This document shows, in pieces, positions 11,932 to 20,113 of a stretch of 32,000 nucleotides of DNA (the first letter of the stretch is position 1; every line of letters starts with the position of its first letter). A program made the position numbers and the translations under genes. Under the pieces are notes generated by a model. The model was not told the DNA's origin, searched no databases, and worked only from the letters and a program-made list of their open reading frames with translations. Source of the stretch: Faecalibaculum rodentium (GTDB taxonomy: Bacteria > Bacillota_I > Bacilli_A > Erysipelotrichales > Erysipelotrichaceae); the NCBI RefSeq assembly GCF_001564455.1, contig NZ_CP011391.1, forward strand, positions 750,001 through 782,000, given 5' to 3'.

Positions 11932-14031
11932 ATGCGAATGCGTGAACCATTTGAAGCGTATTTTGACGATTTTGACAAAGTAAATATTTATAAATCCAAT
12001 AATTTTTTTGGCGGTAAAAGCCGCTTTTATCACCTGAAGGACTCCAGAGACCGGATCATTGAACTGGACCTGGTGACCAGATCTGAACTGCCGAACGGCT
12101 ATGTACATTCCGTTCTGACTCCCCGGGAACCAATCGAAGTGGGAGAGGAATATTATGTATACGATGAACACTGTCAGAAGACACCCGCCGTTTATTCGCA
12201 TATTACAAAAACGCCGAAGTTTGCGTCAGACTATGACTTTGATGGTGAACTGGGCCCCGTATATTCAAAAGAAGCCGTTGTGTTCCGCCTGTGGGCCCCC
12301 ACGGCTCATCGGATCATTGTTTCGCTGAGACAGGGATCCCGTTCTGTGAGCCAGGAACTGGAACGGAAACTCAATGGGGTGTTTGAAGCCAGTATTCCAG
12401 GTGACTGGAACGAGGCAAGGTATTCCTTCATGATCCGCTGCAACGGAAAGTGGCAGGAATCTGTGGACCCCTATTCATTCTTTGGCGGCATCAACGGCAA
12501 GTATTCCATCGTCGTTGATCCCTCCACCCTGAATCTTCCTGACCGGATTCCTCTGCCGCCGCTGGAAAGCAATACAGATGCGATCATATATGAAGCCAGT
12601 GTCCGGGATATGACCAGCGCAAACAACATAGGGGTCCAGCATCCCTCCACATTCCGGGGATTCACCGAGGAAAGTCCCACGGCATGCAGCCGACGGACCG
12701 GGTTTTCCTATTTAAAAACCCTCGGTGTGACACATGTTCAGCTCCTGCCGGTGTTCGATTTCGGCAGTGTGGATGAATCGCACCCCGGGCTCTATTACAA
12801 CTGGGGGTATGATCCCATGCATTTCCGGACCCTCGAAGGATCGTATTCCCTCAATCCCGACCGCGGAGCAGAACGGGTGCAGGAATTCGCCGGTCTTGTC
12901 CATGAACTGCATAAAGCGGGTCTGCGGGTCAATCTGGACCTCGTGTTCAATCATGTGTACAACAAAGGAGAGTTTGCCCTGGAGCGTCTTGTTCCGTACT
13001 ACTATTTTCTGATGAACCAGAACGGCGAGTTTTCCAACGGGTCGTTCTGCGGTAACGATATTGACACGCAGCCCATGATGAGCCGGAGGTACTTTGTGGA
13101 CACCTGCCGAAAAATCGTGGAACTGTATGACGTCGATGGCTTCCGCTTTGATTTGATGGGGATCCTCGATGTGAACCTCATGAATGAAATCGCGGCAGAA
13201 TGCCGCAGGATCAAACCCGGCTTTATGGTGTATGGCGAGGGCTGGAATATGCCCAGCTTTGTCCCTCCTGAAATCCGGGCCACGCAGGAGAACCAGGCAA
13301 AGATGCCTGACGTCGGTCATTTCTCCGATCGGTTCCGGGATACCATCCGGGGCTCGAACGGAGACCTCGGCCAGAAAGGGTTTGCAAGCGGCAACATCGG
13401 GGCAATGTCTGATGTCATGAATGTCATGGCAGCCTCATGCAACGAGCACCGGTATGATTCCCCGGAAAAAGCCATCAATTACGTGGAATGCCATGATAAC
13501 CACACGCTGTGGGACAAAAACAAAGTCGCCTGTCATGGCGAAGGCAGTGACCTTCGCGACAAGCGGCAGGTGTTTGCGAATGCAGTGGTTCTGCTCTCGC
13601 AGGGTGTACCATTCCTTCATGCCGGACAGGAATTCGGCCGGACGAAAGAAGGCGTCGGAAATACCTATAATCGCGGCGACAACATCAATCAGATGGATTA
13701 TCACCGCAGGGACCGGCACAGCAGCATCGTACGGGATACCAGGCGACTGATTGAAATTCGGAAGCAGCATCCCTCCCTGCGGCTGCGGACTGCCCAGGAA
13801 ATCGCAAATCAGGTGAAATTTGAGACCATCAGCGGACAGTGTCTGGTGTATCGAACCAGTAAGGATGCAGACAGCCTGATCAGTTTTCTCAATCCGACCG
13901 GCTCCTGGTTCCAGTATGATATCCATGAACTCGGTCATGTCCTGTTTGACAATGGAGATTCAAACCAGGAATATACCAGCAATCTTGTGATCGCACCGTA
14001 TTCCGTTGTGATCTGCCAGCTTGGCGGCTGA
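11932..14031 (+). CDS. pulA: Type I pullulanase (GH13), no signal peptide, 699 aa
   Basis: YNWGYDP motif plus the GH13 regions VFNHV, GFRFDLMG, YGEGWN and YVECHDN. SD gggagg lies 9 nt before the ATG. The N-terminus is hydrophilic, so the protein is probably cytoplasmic (AmyX-like). Confidence 0.9.
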   Translation: MRMREPFEAYFDDFDKVNIYKSNNFFGGKSRFYHLKDSRDRIIELDLVTRSELPNGYVHSVLTPREPIEVGEEYYVYDEHCQKTPAVYSHITKTPKFASDYDFDGELGPVYSKEAVVFRLWAPTAHRIIVSLRQGSRSVSQELERKLNGVFEASIPGDWNEARYSFMIRCNGKWQESVDPYSFFGGINGKYSIVVDPSTLNLPDRIPLPPLESNTDAIIYEASVRDMTSANNIGVQHPSTFRGFTEESPTACSRRTGFSYLKTLGVTHVQLLPVFDFGSVDESHPGLYYNWGYDPMHFRTLEGSYSLNPDRGAERVQEFAGLVHELHKAGLRVNLDLVFNHVYNKGEFALERLVPYYYFLMNQNGEFSNGSFCGNDIDTQPMMSRRYFVDTCRKIVELYDVDGFRFDLMGILDVNLMNEIAAECRRIKPGFMVYGEGWNMPSFVPPEIRATQENQAKMPDVGHFSDRFRDTIRGSNGDLGQKGFASGNIGAMSDVMNVMAASCNEHRYDSPEKAINYVECHDNHTLWDKNKVACHGEGSDLRDKRQVFANAVVLLSQGVPFLHAGQEFGRTKEGVGNTYNRGDNINQMDYHRRDRHSSIVRDTRRLIEIRKQHPSLRLRTAQEIANQVKFETISGQCLVYRTSKDADSLISFLNPTGSWFQYDIHELGHVLFDNGDSNQEYTSNLVIAPYSVVICQLGG

Positions 14032-14063
14032 CCTGCACGCAAGACTTGAATCCGCCGACATCC

Positions 14064-14092
14064 TTGACGGACTGCCGGCGGCCTTTTATGAT
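14064..14092 (+). promoter_or_regulatory. Candidate guaB promoter TTGACG-17-TATGAT
   Basis: TTGACG at 14064-14069, a 17-nt spacer, TATGAT at 14087-14092, 36 nt upstream of the guaB ATG. Confidence 0.45.
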
Positions 14093-14127
14093 AATCAGTA
14101 AAACAGCTGGAACAAAAAGGAGGAACC

Positions 14128-15639
14128 ATGGCAAAATTCTTTAAAGAACCATCCCGCACCTTCAGTGAATATCTTCTGGTCCCCGGATACACCGGACCTG
14201 ACTGCACCCCTGATCATGTTGATCTCTCCACACCCCTGGTGAAATTCTCAAAAGGAGAAAAACCGGCCGTTACCATGAAAATTCCCCTGGTCAGCGCCGT
14301 TATGCAGGCGGTGTCCGGACCGGAGCTTGCCTGTGCCCTGGCAAGGGAAGGTGGTGTTGCCTTCATCTACGGGTCGCAGCCCATTGAACGTCAGGCAGCC
14401 ATGGTGCGGCAGGTGAAGAGCACCAAAGCCGGTTTTGTAGACAGTGATTCCAACATCTCTCCGGATGCCACGATTGCGGATGTGATTGCCCTTCGCAACC
14501 GGACCGGTCATTCCACCATGGCGGTGACCGACAATGGCGAAAGAAACGGTACCCTGGTGGGAATTCTGACCAGCCGCGATTACAGAGAATCGCGGATCGA
14601 CCGGAACACGCTGGTCAAAGATGTCATGACCCCGTACGAAAAGCTGATTGTGGGCAAAGACGGCATCACCTTGTCAGAAGCCAACGACATCATCTGGGAT
14701 CACAAGCTCAATCAGCTCCCGATCGTGGATGAAAACCAGAAACTTGTGTCTTTTGTATTCCGAAAAGACTACGACAGCCACAAGGAATATGCCAACGAAC
14801 TGCTGGATGCCGACAAACGGTACGTGGTCGGTGCCGGCGTCAATACCAGGGATTACAGGGAACGGATCCCGGCTCTGGTGGAAGCGGGAGCAGATGTCCT
14901 GGTCATCGATTCCTCCGAAGGATATTCCTGCTGGCAGGCCGAGACCCTGAAATGGGTCCGTGAACAGTATGGAGATACCGTAAAAATCGGTGCAGGAAAT
15001 GTTGTGGATGCGGACGGTTTCCGCTTTCTTGCCCAAGCCGGCGCCGATTTCATCAAAGTCGGCATTGGCGGCGGTTCCATCTGTATCACCCGCGAGCAGA
15101 AAGGCATTGGCCGGGGTCAGGCAACAGCCACGCTGGAAGTCGCAAAGGCCCGTGACGAGTATTACCGCGAAACCGGGGTCTACATTCCGGTATGTTCCGA
15201 TGGCGGAATCGTACACGATTATCACATCACGCTGGCGCTGGCCTTTGGTGCAGACTTTGTCATGCTGGGCAGATATTTTGCCAGATTTGACGAAGCCCCG
15301 AACAACCTGGTCACAGTCAACGGTAACTACATGAAGGAATACTGGGGAGAAGGCAGCGCCCGTGCCCGCAACTGGCAGCGCTATGACGTCGGTGGCGAAG
15401 GAAAGATGTCATTTGTCGAAGGTGTGGATTCCTACGTCCCCTATGCCGGCAGCCTCCGGGAAAATGTTGGCTTGACCCTGTCAAAGGTTCGCCACACCAT
15501 GTGCAACTGTGGATGCCTCACAATTCCGGAACTGATGGAAAATGCCAAGGTCACCCTTGTTTCAGGAACCAGCATCGTGGAAGGCGGTGCGCATGATGTC
15601 ATTGTGCGTGACGAAAACGTCAACGCCAAGCCGATGTGA
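14128..15639 (+). CDS. guaB: IMP dehydrogenase, 503 aa, with a CBS pair
   Basis: Catalytic loop [23 protein letters not shown] (Cys319), CSDGGI, MLGRYFA and [11 protein letters not shown] aaggagg lies before the ATG. Confidence 0.93.
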   Translation: MAKFFKEPSRTFSEYLLVPGYTGPDCTPDHVDLSTPLVKFSKGEKPAVTMKIPLVSAVMQAVSGPELACALAREGGVAFIYGSQPIERQAAMVRQVKSTKAGFVDSDSNISPDATIADVIALRNRTGHSTMAVTDNGERNGTLVGILTSRDYRESRIDRNTLVKDVMTPYEKLIVGKDGITLSEANDIIWDHKLNQLPIVDENQKLVSFVFRKDYDSHKEYANELLDADKRYVVGAGVNTRDYRERIPALVEAGADVLVIDSSEGYSCWQAETLKWVREQYGDTVKIGAGNVVDADGFRFLAQAGADFIKVGIGGGSICITREQKGIGRGQATATLEVAKARDEYYRETGVYIPVCSDGGIVHDYHITLALAFGADFVMLGRYFARFDEAPNNLVTVNGNYMKEYWGEGSARARNWQRYDVGGEGKMSFVEGVDSYVPYAGSLRENVGLTLSKVRHTMCNCGCLTIPELMENAKVTLVSGTSIVEGGAHDVIVRDENVNAKPM

Positions 15640-15665
15640 ACAACAGCAGGTTCATCCCTTCATTC

Positions 15666-15714
15666 AACAGATCTGTTTCGTGTGATCGCAAAACAGATCT
15701 GTTTTATGTTTTCG
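15666..15714 (+). terminator. guaB terminator built from two copies of a palindrome
   Basis: aacagatctgttt (15666-15678) pairs with aaacagatctgtt (15691-15703): a 13-bp perfect stem with a 12-nt loop, followed by ttttatgtttt. Each arm is itself a DNA palindrome (see findings). Confidence 0.65.
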
Positions 15715-15779
15715 CATGACCCGGTCCGCTCTGGAGCTGTTCTGCCCATACCGTACTGGAAGAGAATCCGGTAAAATGA

Positions 15780-16892
15780 ATGCTGATGGATGCTCATACA
15801 GATCTGCTGCTGGACCTGAACATACTGTCCAGAGCAACACAGAAGTATTATGACAGGCAGCTGCAGCCCTTTAACCTGACTTACGCACAGCTGCCCGTCC
15901 TGCTGATGATTTATGAAGGTGAAGGCATTACCGCCAACCAGATCGTCAACCAGGGTCAGTACGACAAAGGAACCGTAACGAAAAATGTACAGAAGCTGGA
16001 AGCACAGGGATACATAGAATCCTCTCTGTCCAGGACTGACAAGCGGCTGCGTCATCTCTATACCACAGATCTTGCGAAAACCGTGATTGCTCAGATTTAT
16101 GCCATTCGCCGTGACTGGTGGAATCACCTGATGACAGCGATTCCCTGTGGGGAGGTACCGCTGTTTCTGTCACAGACCCGGGCTCTGGTGGAGAATGCGA
16201 TTGTCGCTTCCAACACACAAAGCATGCCGCTCCTGTTCTATCGTATGGAACGTCTCTCAGCCCGGGCCTGGCCAGGGCGGCTTGCCATGGTCCTGCACGT
16301 CACAGGCTGTAATTTCCGCTGCCCGGGTTGTCAACAGAGGTCACGGATCATGCTGCCGGAAGATGCACGGCTTCTGGATCCGGGCAGCATCCGGGAGGAG
16401 ATCGACCGTCGAAGCGGATTTGTGGATGGCATCGTGATTACAGGCGGTGAACCATTCCTGCAGAATGGTCTGATTTCCTTTCTCAGGGATCTGAAAGACA
16501 AGCATATTCCGGTCCGAATCAAAACCAACGGATTGTTTCCTGACCCCCTGGCCTGCTGTCTGCAGGAGGGACTTGTACAGGAAGTTTCTCTGGAGATCCG
16601 CAACGACCTGCGGCACTATGCAGCCAGTGCCGGGCTGAAGTCCTTTGATCCGGGGCCCCTGACCAGAAGCCTGAAACTGCTGGGGAATGCAGAAATATCC
16701 TGGGATGCAGTTCTGGAAGTGGACGACAGCTGGTTCCAGGATTCGGATCCCGGACAGCTGGCTGCACTTCTGGCGGATGCGGATCACATTCGTGTCATCA
16801 ATCACAAAAGGACAGAACAGTGTGTGGATCCAAACCTCGGTCCCATGGATGAACACGGCTACAGAGACTGGAAAGAGAGGCTGGAGAAGTGA
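15780..16892 (+). CDS. nrdG: MarR-family wHTH domain fused in frame to the anaerobic ribonucleotide reductase activating protein (NrdG, radical SAM), 370 aa
   Basis: The N-terminal ~145 aa has a MarR pattern (LTYAQLPVLLMIYEGEGITANQIV...KGTVTKNVQKLEAQGYIESSLSRTDKRLRHLYTT). The C-terminal 222 aa carries CNFRCPGC (CX3CX2C), VDGIVITGGEPFLQ and RIKTNG. There is no stop codon between the halves. The TGA overlaps the nrdD GTG. Confidence 0.8.
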   Translation: MLMDAHTDLLLDLNILSRATQKYYDRQLQPFNLTYAQLPVLLMIYEGEGITANQIVNQGQYDKGTVTKNVQKLEAQGYIESSLSRTDKRLRHLYTTDLAKTVIAQIYAIRRDWWNHLMTAIPCGEVPLFLSQTRALVENAIVASNTQSMPLLFYRMERLSARAWPGRLAMVLHVTGCNFRCPGCQQRSRIMLPEDARLLDPGSIREEIDRRSGFVDGIVITGGEPFLQNGLISFLRDLKDKHIPVRIKTNGLFPDPLACCLQEGLVQEVSLEIRNDLRHYAASAGLKSFDPGPLTRSLKLLGNAEISWDAVLEVDDSWFQDSDPGQLAALLADADHIRVINHKRTEQCVDPNLGPMDEHGYRDWKERLEK

Positions 16893-18838
16893 ACTGGCAG
16901 GTGGTAAAACGGGATGGCACAGCTGTGGCATTTGATGTGGGAAAAATCATGAAAGCCATGGAAAAGGCATTTGCAAGCCTCGGGGATGTTCCCGACCGCA
17001 GCATTCTGCAGATGCTGGCTCTCCGGGTGAGTGCAGATTTTATGCCCAAAGTGTCGGACGGCCGGATTTCTGTGGAACAGATCCAGGACAGTGCAGAACG
17101 GATCCTGTCTCTGGCCGGATATGCGGAGGCTGCGAAGGCCTATATTCTTTACCGGAAACAGAGAGAACATGTACGGGCTCTTGAGGACAGCTCCAGCCGG
17201 TATGCCTCACTGACAAAATCCTATCTCGAGCGTCCTGAATCCACAGGAAGTCAGGAAATGGATGCCGTCTACTCTCTGGGCGGGCTGATGCTTTCCAATT
17301 CAGGGGAAGTGACCCGTCATTACTGGCTGGGTTCCATATTCGATGAACAGTCAGCCCGGGCGCACAACGATGGATGGCTCCATATCCATGATCTGGAAAT
17401 GCTGGCACCCGGCAGTGCAGGCTGGGACATTCGGGGTCTGATTCAAAAGGGGCTCCATGTCAGGGGACAGATATCTTCCCGACCCCCGAGACATCTCAAC
17501 GCACTTTGTGCCCAGCTGGTGAATTTCATTACCATCATGCAGAATGAATGGTCCGGAGCCCAGTCGATCAGTCATTTTGATACCTGCCTTGCTCCTTTCG
17601 TGAAAAAAGACGGCCTGCGGCCTGAACAGGTCAAGAGTGCAATGGAAACCCTGGTCTATGGCCTGAACACCCCCAGCCGTTGGGGGACACAGCCGGCATT
17701 CTCCAATGTGGTATTCGATCTTTGTGTGCCCCGGGAGTGGAAAGATGCAGAGGCGGACCCTGACAGTGGAATCCGGTATGGGGACTGTGAGCCGGAAATG
17801 CAGATGATCCGGGAGGCGTTCTTCAGCGTTCTTGCGGATGGAGATACAGAAGGCCGGGGGTTCCCCTTTCCAATTCCAGTGATCCGCATCGACCGGGCCT
17901 GTCCAGAGGAACGCGAAATCTTTGAGGCTGCTGCCCGATATGGAAATCCTGTCTTTGCAAGAAACAGTCCGCCGATGGAAGGCTTTTTCTCCTGGGAAGG
18001 GGGCCGGTGCAGTCTTGGGGCTGTGACTTTGAATCTCCCCAGAATTGCCTGGAGCAGCCGGGATGAAGAGAGCTTTTTCCGGAAACTGGAGGAAACTGCC
18101 AGACTTGCGGCCAGGATCCTGGAAACACGCAGGCAGGTGATCCGGCGGTTTTTCGACAGCGGTCTGTATCCATGCACAAAGGGATATCTGGAATCTCTGG
18201 ACAGCGGCTATTGTGCCATCGGTGTCATCGGCATGAATGAAGCCTGTCAGAATGCATGTTTTATCCACCAGGATCTCAGGTCCGGACGCGGGCAGGCATT
18301 TGCAGTCAAAGTACTGCAGTTTCTCAGAGATATCACTGACAGCCTTGACCGGTTTGTGCTCATGGCTACACCTGCAGAAGGTGTATCTCAGCGGCTGGCG
18401 GAGCTGGATCTGCAGACTTGTCAGGGAATCAGAACGGCGGGTACTGCCGAAGCTCCCTATTATACAAATTCCTCCCAGCTGGCTGTCGATGCGACCGATG
18501 ACCTGTTCGAAGCTGTCAGGATTCAGGAGAGACTGCAGCAGTTCTTTTCCGGCGGCTGTTTTTTCAGCATCCCCTACACCAGTAAGCTTGGCAGCCGGGA
18601 ACTCGCTCTTCTGGAAAAACGTTTGCAGGAGAAAAGCTTCCTGCCTGTCTTTGCATTTTCCCCCACATGGTCGGTTTGTCCCAGGCATGGATTTTCTTCC
18701 GGCAGACAGGAAAGCTGTCCTGTCTGTCGGACAGAAGCAGAGGTATGGATTCGTGTTTCCGGGTATTATCGACCTCTCAGCCAGGTCAACAAAGCGAAAA
18801 AGCAGGAATATCAGGACCGGAAGGTGTATATGATCTGA
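16889..18838 (+). CDS. nrdD: Anaerobic ribonucleoside-triphosphate reductase (class III RNR), 649 aa
   Basis: N-terminal ATP-cone (VVKRDGTAVAFDVGKI...). C-terminal zinc ribbon plus glycyl-radical motif CPVC...RVSGYYRPLSQVNKAKKQEYQDRKVY. The GTG start overlaps the upstream stop (GTGA). SD aaagagagg lies 8 nt upstream. Confidence 0.93.
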   Translation: MNWQVVKRDGTAVAFDVGKIMKAMEKAFASLGDVPDRSILQMLALRVSADFMPKVSDGRISVEQIQDSAERILSLAGYAEAAKAYILYRKQREHVRALEDSSSRYASLTKSYLERPESTGSQEMDAVYSLGGLMLSNSGEVTRHYWLGSIFDEQSARAHNDGWLHIHDLEMLAPGSAGWDIRGLIQKGLHVRGQISSRPPRHLNALCAQLVNFITIMQNEWSGAQSISHFDTCLAPFVKKDGLRPEQVKSAMETLVYGLNTPSRWGTQPAFSNVVFDLCVPREWKDAEADPDSGIRYGDCEPEMQMIREAFFSVLADGDTEGRGFPFPIPVIRIDRACPEEREIFEAAARYGNPVFARNSPPMEGFFSWEGGRCSLGAVTLNLPRIAWSSRDEESFFRKLEETARLAARILETRRQVIRRFFDSGLYPCTKGYLESLDSGYCAIGVIGMNEACQNACFIHQDLRSGRGQAFAVKVLQFLRDITDSLDRFVLMATPAEGVSQRLAELDLQTCQGIRTAGTAEAPYYTNSSQLAVDATDDLFEAVRIQERLQQFFSGGCFFSIPYTSKLGSRELALLEKRLQEKSFLPVFAFSPTWSVCPRHGFSSGRQESCPVCRTEAEVWIRVSGYYRPLSQVNKAKKQEYQDRKVYMI

Positions 18839-18869
18839 ATTCCTGACGAAGGTCCAGTAAAAGAGGAAG

Positions 18870-18902
18870 GTGAGAGGACCGGCAGATGCCGGATTCTCTC
18901 AC
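18870..18902 (+). other. Hairpin downstream of nrdD with no T run
   Basis: gtgagag (18870-18876) / ctctcac (18896-18902) encloses an inner ccggc-agat-gccgg stem. No U tract follows, so it is not a canonical terminator. Confidence 0.3.
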
Positions 18903-18956
18903 AGCCCGCAGGGGGCTTTCCATTTCCTGTGTTCTCCGGTTTTTCTCTGTTCAGTG

Positions 18957-18985
18957 TTGACGAACCCTGCATGCTTTGGTATTAT
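18957..18985 (+). promoter_or_regulatory. tRNA operon promoter TTGACG-17-TATTAT with an extended -10 (TGg)
   Basis: TTGACG at 18957-18962, a 17-nt spacer ending in tgg, TATTAT at 18980-18985, 11 nt upstream of the tRNA-Leu 5' end. Confidence 0.6.
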
Positions 18986-18996
18986 GAATGAGCACC

Positions 18997-19083
18997 GCCC
19001 GGATGGCGAAATTGGTAGACGCAGCAGACTCAAAATCTGCCGGCAGCAATGTCGTACCGGTTCGAGTCCGGTTCTGGGCACCA
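18997..19083 (+). tRNA. tRNA-Leu(CAA), encoded CCA
   Basis: Acceptor GCCCGGA/TCTGGGC. Anticodon stem GCAGA/TCTGC with loop CTCAAAA. Long variable arm, T loop GGTTCGAGTCC, and a terminal ACCA. Confidence 0.93.
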
Positions 19084-19089
19084 TAGCAT

Positions 19090-19165
19090 GGGGTGTTAGC
19101 TCAGCTGGGAGAGCGCTACGCTGGCAGCGTAGAGGTCAGGGGTTCGAACCCCCTACGCTCCACCA
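19090..19165 (+). tRNA. tRNA-Ala(GGC), encoded CCA
   Basis: Acceptor GGGGTGT/ACGCTCC with the G3:U70 alanine identity pair. Anticodon loop CTGGCAG, T loop GGTTCGAACCCC, and a terminal ACCA. Confidence 0.93.
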
Positions 19166-19175
19166 TGCGAAAACA

Positions 19176-19210
19176 AGCCTTCAGGTCAAGCACCTAAAGG
19201 CTCTTTTTTT
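19176..19210 (+). terminator. tRNA operon terminator
   Basis: agccttcaggt / acctaaaggct stem with one bulge on each arm and a caagc loop, followed by cttttttt. Confidence 0.7.
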
Positions 19211-19293
19211 ATACAGGTCATCCGTGATTGGGACTGTCAGACTTTCCTGCAGCCAAACCGGAGACTGATTCCGGCTGACTCCTGGCTGGATGA

Positions 19294-19854
19294 TCATATC
19301 GGCAGTTCTTCACTGTGAATATGTTCAATGGACATGGTTCTGGCTTTGATACGCAGAATCACCAGAAACACAATGGAAGAAACGCCACTCAGAAACCAGA
19401 TATACCAGGTGTGAGTCGTGGTAAACAATGACAGGGGATTGATTTCTTCCAGAATGTTGTCCCAGATCGCTTCGGAAAACATATCCAGAATCTGTGCATG
19501 TGCCTGCCAGGCATGGATGGCGATTCCCAGGACAAAGGTCAATGTCGAGCCCGCTGTATAGGGGATGCCCCGCCGCATTTCATAGATCCGTTTGCCTGTT
19601 TTCCGGGAGGTGCTTTCCCGGATCCGGACATCCCGGGTTTCCAGCCAGCCAGCGAACAGGGCGATGGGTGTGAGCACCGCCAGCAGCTGAAGATCCCCGG
19701 TCTCCCACTTCATGGTGATGAAAAACAGGACAACTGAATACAACGGTACAAACAGATTGTGCCAGCTGGAGAAGAGAGTGTATTTTCTGGCTTTTGCGAC
19801 ATTGTGTAAAATGAAAACAGTGAGTATCAGCAGCAATACAAGGTTCAGGAACAT
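19294..19854 (-). CDS. Integral membrane protein, 186 aa, about 5 predicted TM segments; family not recognised
   Basis: The ATG at 19854 is preceded by ggaaggaagga-taccac (SD). Hydrophobic stretches include MFLNLVLLLILTVFIL, FVPLYSVVLFFITM, LQLLAVLTPIALFAGWL, STLTFVLGIAIHAW and WYIWFLSGVSSIVFLVIL. The 325-aa track ORF is an upstream read-through of GC-rich intergenic DNA. Confidence 0.7.
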   Translation of the reverse strand: MFLNLVLLLILTVFILHNVAKARKYTLFSSWHNLFVPLYSVVLFFITMKWETGDLQLLAVLTPIALFAGWLETRDVRIRESTSRKTGKRIYEMRRGIPYTAGSTLTFVLGIAIHAWQAHAQILDMFSEAIWDNILEEINPLSLFTTTHTWYIWFLSGVSSIVFLVILRIKARTMSIEHIHSEELPI

Positions 19855-20113
19855 GTGGTATCCTTCCTTCCATGTCTTTATGGTAGGGAATACCGGAGAA
19901 ACCCGGCAATTCCCTGACCTTGATGGCCGATCCCCCTGTATCCTGAGAAATGCCGGATTGTCCGGACTTTCAGAACCGGCTTGGGAAGCGGCGGCCAGTC
20001 TGGCATTGAGCAGGGTGGATTCGCAAACCCGGGGAATGGCGGCGGGATGGCTGGAAGAGACTGCTGACGGATGTCTGGCACTGCAGAAACAGTGATGGAA
20101 CGGAGGAACAGAT

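Noticed and set aside
15640-15779. NrdR boxes upstream of the nrd genes
   Set aside because: I found no pair of A/T-rich 16-bp acaCwAtATaTwGtgt-like palindromes. The only palindromes are the ACAGATCTGT units, which do not resemble the NrdR consensus.
17351-18688. 445-aa ORF antisense to nrdD (plus 17656..18177 and 17823..18179)
   Set aside because: It lies antisense to a well-supported glycyl-radical enzyme gene. The Pro/Ser/Arg/Gly-rich composition is typical of shadow ORFs in GC-biased coding DNA.
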